A stretch of DNA of 48,325 nucleotides, the filler included, from Sphacelaria rigidula (taxonomy: Eukaryota), in the NCBI GenBank assembly GCA_964200075.2. It is 2 parts of 2 records of this genome, joined end to end, with 100 filler letters (N's around TTAATTAATTAA, not from the genome) between each part and the next. Parts side by side here need not be neighbours in the genome. Positions count along the whole stretch, not along the records: positions 1 to 24,113 come from CAXNAA020000223.1; 1 more part is not named here. One strand, given 5' to 3'. The first letter of the stretch is position 1, and the number at the start of each line of letters is the position of its first letter. The position numbers and the translations under genes are program-made. Under the pieces are notes generated by a model. It saw only the letters and a program-made list of their open reading frames with translations. It searched no databases and was not told the origin of the DNA. Positions 1 to 12,000 of the stretch are shown here, in pieces.

Positions 1-427
1 GAGAGGCGGGTAGCAGGCCGAAATCAGCTATAACGCCCAAATGAATCGCGTCGTGCAGCACTAAACCAGCTCTAACGGCAGTTCTGATCATCGCCTCCGT
101 GCACGTTTTTGGCCGGTTTTGGGGGGGGGCTATCTCGGCAGCAGTCCGTTGTGATTAAAAAAAAAATGGAATTCGGCGTTTGTTTGTTTCCAGATTTTAC
201 ATGCAACGATAACTCCGCGGAATCTTGATCCTTTCACCGCCAGGGCTGCAAATGAGGGTCACGCAAAAATCTTTCAAGTGGATATGATGCCGACCCCGCA
301 AACGGCTAAAAATATCACTCTAATCAGAAGCTAGACTCTCAATCTAGCGAAGATGTTCTTCATCTCGTTTGTATCATCACTGATATTTGTACGCAAAAAT
401 GCTCCTACACTGCTGCACAAAATGTCC

Positions 428-975
428 TACTTCCTCTGTCCCATAAGTAGAGGTACCTATATTTGTACGGGCCCTTAACGATGTCCGATCGTTTTTATTT
501 TTTATTCTAATAAACACTGCGGTGTTCGTTGGGTTAAGAGAATGTGTTTCAAATTTCCAGCTCGTGCTTGAACCATGCCGCCGAACGGCTGCAAAAAAAA
601 GTAGTCGGCCCAAAATTGGACGTTTTTTTCGCCTTTCCGAGGGGAAAAAAAGTGTCGAATTCTTTTTTCTGATTTTTTTAATCGCCCCTTCGTCCACTGG
701 GGCTTGCTGCCAGGAAGTCCCAGGCGATTAAAAAAATAAAAAATAAAAAACGACACTTTTATTCCCCTCGGAAAGGGGCAAAAAACGGCCATTTTTGGGC
801 CGACTACGTTTTTTGCAGCCGTTCGGCAGCATGGTTCAAGCACGAGCTGCAAATTTCAAACACATTTTCTTACCCAACGAAAACCGTAGAGTTTATTTTA
901 AAAAAAAAAAGATCGGACATCGTTGAGGGCCCGTACAAGTTTAGGTACCTTTACTTATATGGGACAGAGGAAGTA
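428..975. mobile_element. Stowaway/Tc1-mariner-like MITE, almost wholly palindromic
   Basis: Ends are TA|CTTCCTCTGTCCCATA and TATGGGACAGAGGAAG|TA, with a TA TSD at 428-429 and 974-975. Arms ~428-686 and ~723-975 are imperfect reverse complements around a ~36-bp loop. The ends resemble the Stowaway CTCCCTCCGTCCC terminal inverted repeat (TIR). Confidence 0.85.
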
Positions 976-3834
976 TAACCATTGCATCACAAAGAGGTAA
1001 ACCAACCAACCTTCATCTGAACCCTCACCCGACACCAATAATCCTGTAATTCTCACCCAGGCACCCACCTGACACACACCTAGAGCATATATTGACAGTT
1101 GCAAACGAACTGATTCGCTGCCAATCCCGTCGTGGTAACAACAAAGAGGTTAAATTTTTACCCAAGGTAAATCAAAGGGGAAACAGCCGCTGAAGGAAAC
1201 TCGAGAAACGGGAAATATGGAATTATCGACAAGGGGGGAACACAACGGAATAAAAATGAAAAAAGCAAGAGAAATAACATAGAAAGAGAAATAGAAGGAA
1301 ATTGAAAAGCAAAATGCGGGGTTAAGATCTAAGGCCGGTCCAGTGGGGCGGAAAGAGAAGCCAGGAAGTCCCTGCCGCATGCCTTCAGGTGAGATGCCGT
1401 ACAAAATGAGCCCGCCGCACTGTGAATACGGGTTCCACAACTAGTGGGGTGTTCGAGCAGCAGACATGTTCAGTAGATTGCATGGCTTAGCCCACTAATT
1501 TCCGTGTACAAGAAATACAAGAAATGACTACACAACTCAACGTTTGCGCAACAACCACTCGACTGCTGACTTCGTGCGTGCTGGAAATCAAAATATATCT
1601 TTCGCCAATTACTACGCTAGCGGCTCGGCGACAAGGGCGAAAACTTTTGGCAACTCCGGAGCACCGATCAACCTCCGCAACCAATCTTTGCACGGTGTCC
1701 GTATCTGGTGTATAGCAAAGTTCGCACCCGCCCCTCCCACACACACCCCGCCATCCCCCACCCTCACATTCCCCCCTCTTAGTTGGGCCCACCCGCGCAA
1801 AACACAAGACCCGAGCAACGTGAGAACGTGAATGAGGGGTGAATCCGCGCATGCAACGCACCTCTGTACCGAACACTACAGAGCTACAAAAAACGGTTCG
1901 TCACGGGGGAAAAATATAGGGTCACCACCATCACCACCACTACGCCCACCACCACCACCAGTATTTTTGGTGTTCATCTACGGAACCGCTCCCTTCCGCC
2001 TCGTTTTCCATCCCTCCCTCTTGCTCTGAAACCAACAGTTTTTGGTTTTCATTTCGTCGGGACCGGAAGATATTTTTTTTCGGTGTCGAGATGCACAAAA
2101 GAAGAGTAGTTTCACCGGCGAGAGTCCAAGGGGAGCCCACCTTCGGAGTTCACAACACGGATATTCTTGGTGTATTTTGCGCTCTTTTACGTCACTGTCT
2201 GCCCATCATTCTAGGATAACATGTACCCCCCCCCCCCCTGTGCCTCGTCTGTTGGACACGCATGTCTCAAAGATGAGCTCAATTACTAGGTACGATCAAC
2301 GACATATCAAAAGGCAAGTAAGGGTACGCATGTAAAAGCTAAGACTGCTACTGCTAAAAACGAAGTACCCTATGGTTGAGTCAAAGCCGAATGTTTGCGC
2401 AAACACAAAGCATTTCCAGTCCTTCATTTTTCTTCATCTGAAAGGCAGCAACTAGTGGGTGCATCGTCCCGGCTCCCCAAAAAACCAACGCCAAGGGACA
2501 CTACGAATCAAATTTTTATTCCAGAAGTTCGACATATCGCGATATCCCGGATTTTCTAACTAAATTGCCGTTTTTACCACCAGTTGGCATCGCTACGTCG
2601 GGATCCAGGAGGATGACTTCTCAAATAATACGTAGTACGTACAAAAACATGAACATTGGAATTTTTCCACGTGATCAGTGCTAGATACAATTTGACGGAG
2701 AATATCTTCATCGCTTGGTAAAATAATAAAATATGATAAGCCAACGTATGCATGTATGAATGTATATGTGCTCGAAGAAGAGAAACCATCACAGTAGCTG
2801 GAAACACCACAGGCTGCCTGTCCTCGAGGGGATCAACACTGCGACACGGCACAGGCGGCTCTTTCAAACATGAAAATAAAAAGGCCAGGGTTCTCTCGGC
2901 CTATTATTTAACCAAAGACCGCGGGCGCGGCCATTACAGACCACAACAATAATCACACACGGACGTCGCGTGCATGGCGTCACGGCCACAACATCGAACA
3001 CCAAGAAGTCGCCTTTCATTACTCCAGTTTCCCCCTGGAAAGCAAGTGTGATTTTTCCATCGTGCTACATGCGAAGCACTGCATATCGGGCCACAAGCGG
3101 AGTGCCTCACTCGCGCGTAACATAAAACGACTAGACGACTAAACGACTAAACGACGACTTCCCACAGCAAATGATTGCGAACTCTCGCACACATAAAACG
3201 TCTCCGTACATGACACGGCTTCCAAACGAACATCATTCAAGATCGCAAATAAGTATCAATTTCTTAATTTACAGTCACATACCTAGCAGCTACAAAAAAA
3301 TGACACGTTCGCAGAGGAACCAATTTAAAGTCAGCAGCTCGTGATTACAGCGTTTGGCATTGTCCTATCAGCCTGCACCCAGTTGGCTAAAAACATAAAA
3401 CATCCAAATGACGCCAACACGTTCGTCGGGGGGTCGGTGGGGGGTGTACTCATGACTCTGGGAAAGAGAGAACTCGTGAACATCACGCACCTTCAAATCA
3501 ACCTATACAGGAACACGAAACCCTGCCCGTTTCACGTTGCTGTCGCCATCTTGGGATCAGGTAAAAAGCTCCGTAAAACTCCCGACAACACATCAGGTAG
3601 CACGAACATGCACACACAGACGCACAGAACAGCCATGATCCCAAGAGCGGCGGGACAGCGGCACGAGTTCAACCGACGCACCGCAATTTTTGGCCAACAC
3701 AAGATGCAGAATTCACACCCATTACCGAAAGCTCGCATGTATTTCCTCTGAGGGCTAGGACTAGCCCTATAGCTATCCCGCCCCGGCTCCCATTCCCTTT
3801 GTCTCCACAAAGTTGATACTTCCTACGAAGTGCC

Positions 3835-6057
3835 TTACGAGGCATCCACATTATCCATCAGCTCCCATAGGTCCCTCAACATGCTGTCCTCTTGCCCGCC
3901 ATCTCCCCGCCCCCCGCCGCCGACCGCACTCATAGACCGCTCTGCTTCGCGGACGCCGACGCTGCCGGTACGGGATACAGGTACAGGCTCGGAGGCAGCA
4001 GTAGCACCTGCCGCTGCAGACAAATCGACACCGCCTTCGGATAATGAGGCTTGGTCGCACCAAGGACGTCCATCGACATCTCGGTGCACTCCCGCTGGCG
4101 TAGCTGCCAGGGGTGTTGGATAAACGGTGGTCGCTAGCGGGCGGGCGCCGTGCTGCAGCACAGGGTGGTGCTGGAGCGTGGGTGGGGTGGTGGCCGAGGG
4201 CGGGTGCTGCGGCGCCGGCTCCGCCGCCGCCGCCACGCCCCCAAGCAACACGCGCTGCGCCGCCGAAGACGATGGTCGTCGGGATTGCGCGGCACGGTGC
4301 CAGGACGGTGGCAGAACACCTCGACTCCCCGTCTGCAGCTGCGGGAGGAACGCAGAGTCACGTGTTCCCCCGCTAACAGCGCCAGCCACCAGCGACACGC
4401 GCGGCGAAGAAGGCGCGACGGCCCACGACTGTGCAAGCAATATGTCGGCGCCCGGTAACTCCCCCGACGAAAACGACGGCGCCGCTGTCACCGCGTCGTA
4501 TGTCGGTCGTGGTCGTTCTTCCGCCGCCGCAGCCCCGTCGCTGCCCCCGCCACCTCCTACGACTGATACCCCGTCTGCTTGCACCATAGTTTTAAATTGC
4601 TGCGCCGCAGCGCCGCAGAATTCGCGATATTCAGCAGTTGCCGACAATTCCTGTCGGTACGGGAGCGCGCTGAAACACAACTGGCTGCCGCTACCAGCGC
4701 ATGGGCCGCTACCACCGCTTCCGCCGCTTCCGCCGCCACCTTGCACGTTCATCGTTACCGAAGGAGATGTCCATCCAACAGTTTTGGGATTCAGTTGTGT
4801 GTCACTGAATGTGCTTCCTTCAGTTCCCCATGCGGTGGACGGGTCTCCCACATCTTGTATACGCAGACTGGGCAGCAGTAGCCCGGGAACAACGCCAGTA
4901 GTGTTGCCCCCGCCTCCGCCACCGCCGCCGCCAGAACCATTCATCTTAAGAACACCGCCTACGAGGCCGCGGCGATCTCCTGACACGCTCGATTCTTTCT
5001 GGAGCGACCGTGCCTGTCCGTGCCTCTGTCTCCACGCTTCGGGGAATGGTATCATCTGCTGGGGTGCTCCGCCACCACCACTTCGACGGGCGCCCGCGGC
5101 AGCGGCCATCGGTTCCACCTTGACCGTAGATATCGAAAGGTCGTCACCACCAGCGCCGCCGTCGATGTTCTTGGCCTCAGGGGGTTGCATTAGGAGGTAC
5201 GAGTATGGCGGAAGCATTTGCTGCTGTTGTTGCTGCTCCTCCCGCAGCTGCTGTTGCTGTGGAGGTTGTCGCGGATGCTGCAGTCCTTGGCGCCGGCTGT
5301 CGTGGCTGCTGTCCGGCGACGACGAATCGATAACTTTGTTCATCTCTCCACTGCAGGACATAGACGACAGCGGCGACAGCCTCCCCGACGCCCCTGATGG
5401 ATCATCGGTGCCGTCAACGGCTGATCTCGAAGCGCCTCTCATCGCCACTGCTGTCACCGTCGCCGAGGACGGTGCCTGCTGCTCGCCCGTCATCTCCCGT
5501 GGCAAAGAGATCGGCATACGTCTGGCAACCCGCGGCGATTGTTCGGACGCGTCCATTGAATCATGACCCGCTTTCTCGGGTCCTACCTCTAAATCGGACG
5601 ATTCCGAACATCTTGGTCCCGTTTTGATGGGCCCGAGAAGTAGCCCCTCTGACAGGGCCGACGGCGACTGCGGCGAAAGCGGCAGCTGATCGGGTTTCGT
5701 TAGACTGGTCAGCGCCGCCGCGGATGTAGGCGATATATTCGAACCTCGCCTTTGCCTACTAGCCGCTTCTCCTTGGGGCGGGGACGCACACGTTGATATA
5801 GTGGACATGGTCGAGGTGGCGTGCCGCGAGGAGTTATTTTTGGCATACAACTTGCCCAGTCCCGTGATCGCATTGCAGTGCTTAACGCAGACTTGCCTGG
5901 AGCAAAGGTCACCCTCGGAGTCAAAGTGTAGTGGCTTGTTGGTGACGGTGGACCGCCGAAGCTCCACTGGAGCGGCGGCGACCAGCGTGAGATACTCGTC
6001 TCGTTTCCCGAACGCACGCAGAACCGTAAGCGCCGTATGGTAACCATGGAGCTGGTA
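3835..6057 (-). CDS. Terminal exon of the Zn2Cys6 TF; long low-complexity (poly-Q, poly-G, S/A/P-rich) tail
   Basis: Acceptor cctcag|TAC. The 2223-bp open frame runs to the stop at 3835 with GC-rich coding composition. Confidence 0.8.
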   Translation of the reverse strand, partial: YQLHGYHTALTVLRAFGKRDEYLTLVAAAPVELRRSTVTNKPLHFDSEGDLCSRQVCVKHCNAITGLGKLYAKNNSSRHATSTMSTISTCASPPQGEAASRQRRGSNISPTSAAALTSLTKPDQLPLSPQSPSALSEGLLLGPIKTGPRCSESSDLEVGPEKAGHDSMDASEQSPRVARRMPISLPREMTGEQQAPSSATVTAVAMRGASRSAVDGTDDPSGASGRLSPLSSMSCSGEMNKVIDSSSPDSSHDSRRQGLQHPRQPPQQQQLREEQQQQQQMLPPYSYLLMQPPEAKNIDGGAGGDDLSISTVKVEPMAAAAGARRSGGGGAPQQMIPFPEAWRQRHGQARSLQKESSVSGDRRGLVGGVLKMNGSGGGGGGGGGNTTGVVPGLLLPSLRIQDVGDPSTAWGTEGSTFSDTQLNPKTVGWTSPSVTMNVQGGGGSGGSGGSGPCAGSGSQLCFSALPYRQELSATAEYREFCGAAAQQFKTMVQADGVSVVGGGGGSDGAAAAEERPRPTYDAVTAAPSFSSGELPGADILLAQSWAVAPSSPRVSLVAGAVSGGTRDSAFLPQLQTGSRGVLPPSWHRAAQSRRPSSSAAQRVLLGGVAAAAEPAPQHPPSATTPPTLQHHPVLQHGARPLATTVYPTPLAATPAGVHRDVDGRPWCDQASLSEGGVDLSAAAGATAASEPVPVSRTGSVGVREAERSMSAVGGGGRGDGGQEDSMLRDLWELMDNVDAS

Positions 6058-9000
6058 CTGAGGACACGACCGTGCATGGACAATATGATATGGGAAACGA
6101 AGTCGGCATGGCGGAGGCGGGGGATGAAAAATATCAAAAGAATCACGACTTGATACTCTGTCAGCTCGAAAGCTGCGACTTGACGACAATCTGAGCACTT
6201 CATCACGGAAGACAAGAAAAAACGGATTCCCTACTGCTCATATCCTTCGTGGTATTCCTCGGTGTTGAAAACAGCAAAGCTGCATCGAATGCATCGCCCC
6301 GCGTGAACAATGCTGAGCAGAAAACCGTGTTCTCACCCTCGCAAGGCCCGGGCAGTCTGCGATGCAGCGTGCAACGTCTCTCGCGTGCCGAAGCAGCTCC
6401 GAAAACTCTTGGAGGCCGCAATGAAGCCCGATGAAGGCGTTACCCAGAGCGTACACCGCCATCGCTTCAGAAGGGGGCATCTCCTGAAAGTGGGGCCATC
6501 GATACGACGCGAGCGTGCAGGCAGACACAGATCTTTCAGGGCACTCCTTCACCCTGGGCTTCTTGCATCGAGTTCCACTACGAGCTGGGCCAGCCAACAC
6601 ATTTCATGTCCGGATGATGGGTGACACGCGACTTCATTTGAGGAGTTAGGCACTGGCAAAACTGACACATTTTTATCACCAAGACGCGAAACATTCTTGG
6701 GGATACGAAAAAAAAAAAAAAGTTGGAGCCATTTGAAATTTCAGCAAACAACTAGAAAATGTTACAACTCTCATGGGAAAAAAAATATAGGCTCATATCC
6801 CCGAGCCCGAACTTTTCGCTTGCGCACAGAAAAATCTCGGCTGAAAACTCCTAAAATTGGGGCGCGCGTGGAACCTCTTGTGTGACACCTCTGCGCCCTG
6901 GTGGTCCAACAGATAGAGGAGCCTAAATTTACGTCGGTCACGAGTTCGGATCCCGACACGACCTTTTTTTCCATACGTCACTTCTAACGGAAAACAAGGA
7001 TAAATATCTGGGAAAGTGTTTTTTTTGGCTTTTACGTCGTCTTCGACCTAAAAATTGAGCTATGTAATTTTCAAACCTTGGAATGCCTTGCTGCACTCAT
7101 TGAGATGGTTCCAGCACACCTGTGCGTTTTTTCCGGTGGCCGCAGTTTCTTCTGTTTCTGCCCAAATTTGCATTTTTCTCGGAGATCGCTCATCTTTCTC
7201 GCTCACCGGTCAAGTCCATACAAATTTCGAACGTTGTGTGGACTTGACCGGTCTCCGCCAAAAATGAGCAGTCTCCGGAAAAATGCCAGTTTGGGCACAA
7301 GAACAGCTGAGGGCACCGGGAAAACGCACAGATGCGCTAGAAGCGTCTTAACGAGTGCAGCAAGGGATTCCCAAGGTGTCAGGATCCGCCTTTTTCTCTT
7401 TGAGAGCGTGAAACGACTTACCGGCTGTGAAAAAGCGCTTTTTTTCTGATTTTTTTTCTTGTTTGCCATCAGAAGCGATCTAATCTCGCATTCTCTCTCC
7501 TTCTCAACTGAGATAACATACTGTCACCACCGAGGATTGGATGGAGGGAAAGCGCTGTAGCCCAGTCCGAATTGGATACTTGTGCCTGTGCTCCTTATAT
7601 GCGATAATCGACTCGGAGGCCCCTCCCATGATGGAGCTTCTGACGCGCTTCATACCATCTCGCAGCATTCCTCGTGCGCTCTTGACTGTGCATGTCAAAG
7701 TCGCCATAGGTATGCGCTGGGCCGGCCTTGAAACTGAAGTTCCTTCCAACGCACATATCTCAAGAACCGCGGCAACATATCGCAATGTAAACATCTATCC
7801 CTGTGATCGGGAGATCGCCACGCGTGTGCTCCGACTGCTCTTACTGTACGTAGTGGCGTTCATATAAATAAGAAGGTGGTGTGCCAAAAACACACCGAGT
7901 TAAGTTCAAGACAAAACAGCGGTCCAAGGGTCAGACTGTCACCGTTTGGGTGCAGGGAACGTGAGTTCGATCTTGGCCTGATACACTTTTCCCCCCTTCA
8001 AAATGTATGATACGTCGAAAACGTGAGGACGTGGTGGGAGATCGATTGATCCCTCAAGACCACGAACTCATCCCGAGGGAGAACAAGGGTTGAGGCTACT
8101 TATCATGTATAAAAAAAACAGTGCGAAAAAACCACACTCTGGACGATGGACACAATAATAGTCCAGTGCTCGAGTAATAGACGCGGGGGACAACCTATCG
8201 ATGAATATTGTCGAACACAATAAAAGGTAAAACACATCTATTGATATGTATTGCAACGGACAACAGATGTCGCAAGAGTCGACCAAGAGCCTACGGCAAT
8301 TACAATAGATTAAGGTCGCCAGCCATCGATGGACATCGTTCACCGCAATATATTCTGGGCGTGTTTATCGATAGCCACCGCCATACTCGATGGATTTGGT
8401 GAAACATCCATCGACAGTCATTGCCACCATCAATAGATTTGGTGAGCCATCTATCGACAGCAATTTGCCGTCATCAATAGATTTGGTGAGCCGTCTATCG
8501 GTTGCCTTTGGCGTCATCAATAGAGTTGGTGAACAATCTATCAATAGCTTCTGCCGCCGGCAAAGGATTTTGGGCTATCGCCCAATAATCATTGCCGTCA
8601 ACAATTGATTGTCGTAGGGAGCATCTGTCGATAGCCAGGTGACATCAAAGATAGGGCTTAATAAATATATGGCTCACTGCAGCGGTCTTATGGCATCAAC
8701 GGCAGTATCCCTCACACATCAACACGCAACTACTTGAGGCGGTAGTTGGGCACAGCTTCTGTGGAATAAGGTCGAAACATACCTCGAATAATGTGCATAC
8801 GAAGTACATAGCTAGTGATCGACGCCATTCAGCTCCCATTGTGGCCAGCTACAGATATTGATGGCGGCGGTTCAGATTGTATTGTGATCAGCAAAAGACA
8901 TTGGTGGGCACCATTTAGATCCCATTGTGACCAAAGATATGTATTGGTGGCCGCGTTGCAGGTCCTACTGCGATTAGCAATAGATACCGGCGGCCGAAAT

Positions 9001-12000
9001 TCAGAGCCTAATGGAAAAAAAAACATGTATCGATAGAGAGAGTGACCACTCCATTGTCGCGGCAAATATACAGTCTGTCCCTGGTCTCGACTCTATTGTT
9101 GCCTGCAGTAGCTATCGAGAGACATTGATGCCAGTCGATTATGACTGACGATGAACATTGACGGTGAAGTTTTCGAGGCTATTGCAGCCGCAATGTTCTA
9201 TTACATAGTCTCTTGTCCAGGGTATAAGCACATTTCACCCACGCGAAAAGGTTCTGTAAGCGCTCATGTCCATCAAAGTATCCAACCCTGAGGACCGACA
9301 TTACACTAACAACAAACTTGGAAAATTTTGTCCACACATATTACGGATTCATACATAACACTACCGTTCCAAATTTGCAGCGTGGTGCCGTCATATATGA
9401 ACAAGTAGTGTTATAATACACCTACTGCATGTTCACCTGCGGCTTCCCTACCGTGCTTTAGAGTTATAATATTCTCTACACATGGTATGTGCAATGTACT
9501 GTAGGTGAGGCAGTAGACGACAGAGAATATCGCTCGGCATTGTACACCAGAATACATTCTGGGGTGCATCTATCGATATTCATTCCCGCCCCTCAGTACA
9601 CCTTGAACAAATTTCAAGCTGAAGTCAGCTGCGAAGTGTAGTTGATGGTGGCATGTGCGCCGGAACTAGGGGAAAAAACGGCTGGAGTCGCATTGTCGGT
9701 TACAGTCGGTTGTATCAATAGCCATCACCGTCATCAATAGATTTAGTACACAATTTATCAATAGTCATCGCCGTCATCAGTATATTTGGCACACAGGCTA
9801 CCGATAGCCATAGCCGTCATCAATATATTTGGAAAACTATCGATCGATATAATCGGTCGGCGGCATTAGTTTAAGGTGTAGGGCCACAATAGACTGCTGC
9901 CCGAGCAATAGTGTGGGAAAGGGCTATCTACTGATAGACATCACCGATAGCAATAGAAAGAGAATCTTGTCGATTGATGGCCATTACGGACGCAATATTG
10001 GAATCTACTGAGGCAGATTTTATTGTTATTGCAATAGATGCCGTCTATTGTCCAGAGTGTGGGAAAAACGCGTTCTCCGATAAAAGGCCAAAAAACCACT
10101 CACGTGATCAGAAAATGCGTTTTACGATAAGAATTTTCATGATAATATTTTCCGACAGCCCAAAGTTATCAGAAAATCGTGGTTTTCTGATTACCTTGGG
10201 CAATCGAAAAATGTTTTTGAAAAAGCGTTTGCACACACCCTACAGCCCACGGCAGTACCTGTGATGGCTTGGCTGTCATCACTACTGTTGTCGCTGGTGC
10301 TCGCGGGCGTTCAGAGTGTTGCGTCACTGTCCTTCGCTCGCCAGTAGCGTGGTGGCCCTTTACCCCATGAGAACAGCAGAGGGCAGGCTCGATGACGAGT
10401 GCTGTGCAGACAGAACAGTCTATATGTAGTCCGTACAATATTGTAGCTCGTTCAGGCCTGTGCACGCAGAGTGTTACGAACAGCCGTCGCAATGCTTGAC
10501 AGACTACGCACGCACCCAAGTCATGTAGAGACAGGACCGGATTGACAGTACACACAAGACTAAAACATAGGTGGTGCTACTACTGTAGTACATCCAATGC
10601 ATACAACACAGTACGTTCTGTACTGTTGTCTGTGCTGCCCGTATAATCGAGTACTACGGTACAGCGAAATTGAAGCTCAGTTCAGGTCTGTGCATACATC
10701 GTATTGCGAACAGACGTCGCTGTGCAGTGCGGACTGCCTACGCACCCAAGCCTTGTAGATACAGGACCGTACTGACAGCACAGACACGACTATATAGGAC
10801 TGTACTGCTACTGTTATGCCCGTGAATGGTGCCCGATTTCGGGCACTATATACCGGGAAAATGGACCGACCAACTCCACAGTCAGTTGAATGCGGAAGAA
10901 ATGAAACCTACATGAGTCAATCAGTATCAATCACAAGTTCACCCGTCACTTGAAATGACGACGGCGCTCATACAAAATGCACTATTGCTGTAGTACATTC
11001 TACAACACACCTGTGACTGACGTTGCTGTACACCTGTGCACAAGGGTATAACAACAGGAGGATGGAAGCTGCTGCTCGTGTTGTTCCTGTGCCTTTCTTG
11101 TTGGAGTATGTAGTTGTGCTCATCTTTCAACGCTACTTTCTCGGCAACGACGCAGAGGATTGGACTGCGGTTTGATGCGTGCGCTTCCCAAACATCAGAG
11201 CTAATGAATTTGAAAAGGTTTGCATACGCGTGCCGCGGAGGACGCCGTATGCATGCCGCGGAGGACGCAGCACTTTGCAAACCGCTGCACCAAACATAGA
11301 CTGTACTACAAAACGTGTTTCCTGCAACGTTCTAGGGCTTTCCGGATCCGCTGTGACGATTTTGCAACTCCGCTTGTCAAACATATCACGTCTAATGTGT
11401 GTGCGAGGGGCTGTCAGGTTGTAGAGGCCAGTTTGTTTCCTGTCTCGAGATAGCAGCGATGCAAAAATTACAGCTGTCGCATACTAAACCTAGGTAACTT
11501 GGGATGGAGCGTGTGTCATGTTCAGCAGAGGTCCGGCACAGTTTCGGCACGGGCCCGACCAGTCTACGACGTCTTTAATACGTCTTCAGTATCCGTCCGC
11601 TTTCATTGTATTTTTTGTGGGCAAAGGATTTTTGGTCGGTAAGGCCTTCAATCACGGGCATGACTCTTGTAGTACTACAGCCACTTCATACAATACAGCA
11701 CTGCCTGTACTGTTGTCCGTGCTGTCCGTACAATCGAATACTACGGTGTAGCGCAAAAGCCCAACCGTCAGCTCTACAGTGCCTTGGTATAGCAAGGTGG
11801 TGTTCTCATTGCTCGTCTTGCGTCACGCAGCCCCCCATGTATTGCTCGGTCAATACATTGCAGTACAATAGTACAGACAGACATTGCGGACCGTACACCA
11901 CGACACGACAGCGGAGTGATGTGTCTCTCTCGCGCGCCCCAGAATATGAAATCATGCACACACGCCTTGTAGAGAACGATGAACACTACTTTTCCAATGT

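Noticed and set aside
4127..5566. 479-aa + strand ORF with a Cys run
   Set aside because: It is the antisense shadow of the GC-rich TF terminal exon; the poly-Cys is the complement of the poly-Gln CAG tract.
6058..6198. N-terminal part of the 787-aa ORF as a true start
   Set aside because: It lies upstream of a good acceptor (cctcag|TAC) and is better explained as intron read-through.
8345..9860. CRISPR-like array
   Set aside because: The units are degenerate, there are no unique spacers or cas genes, the context is eukaryotic, and the array lies inside a TIR element.
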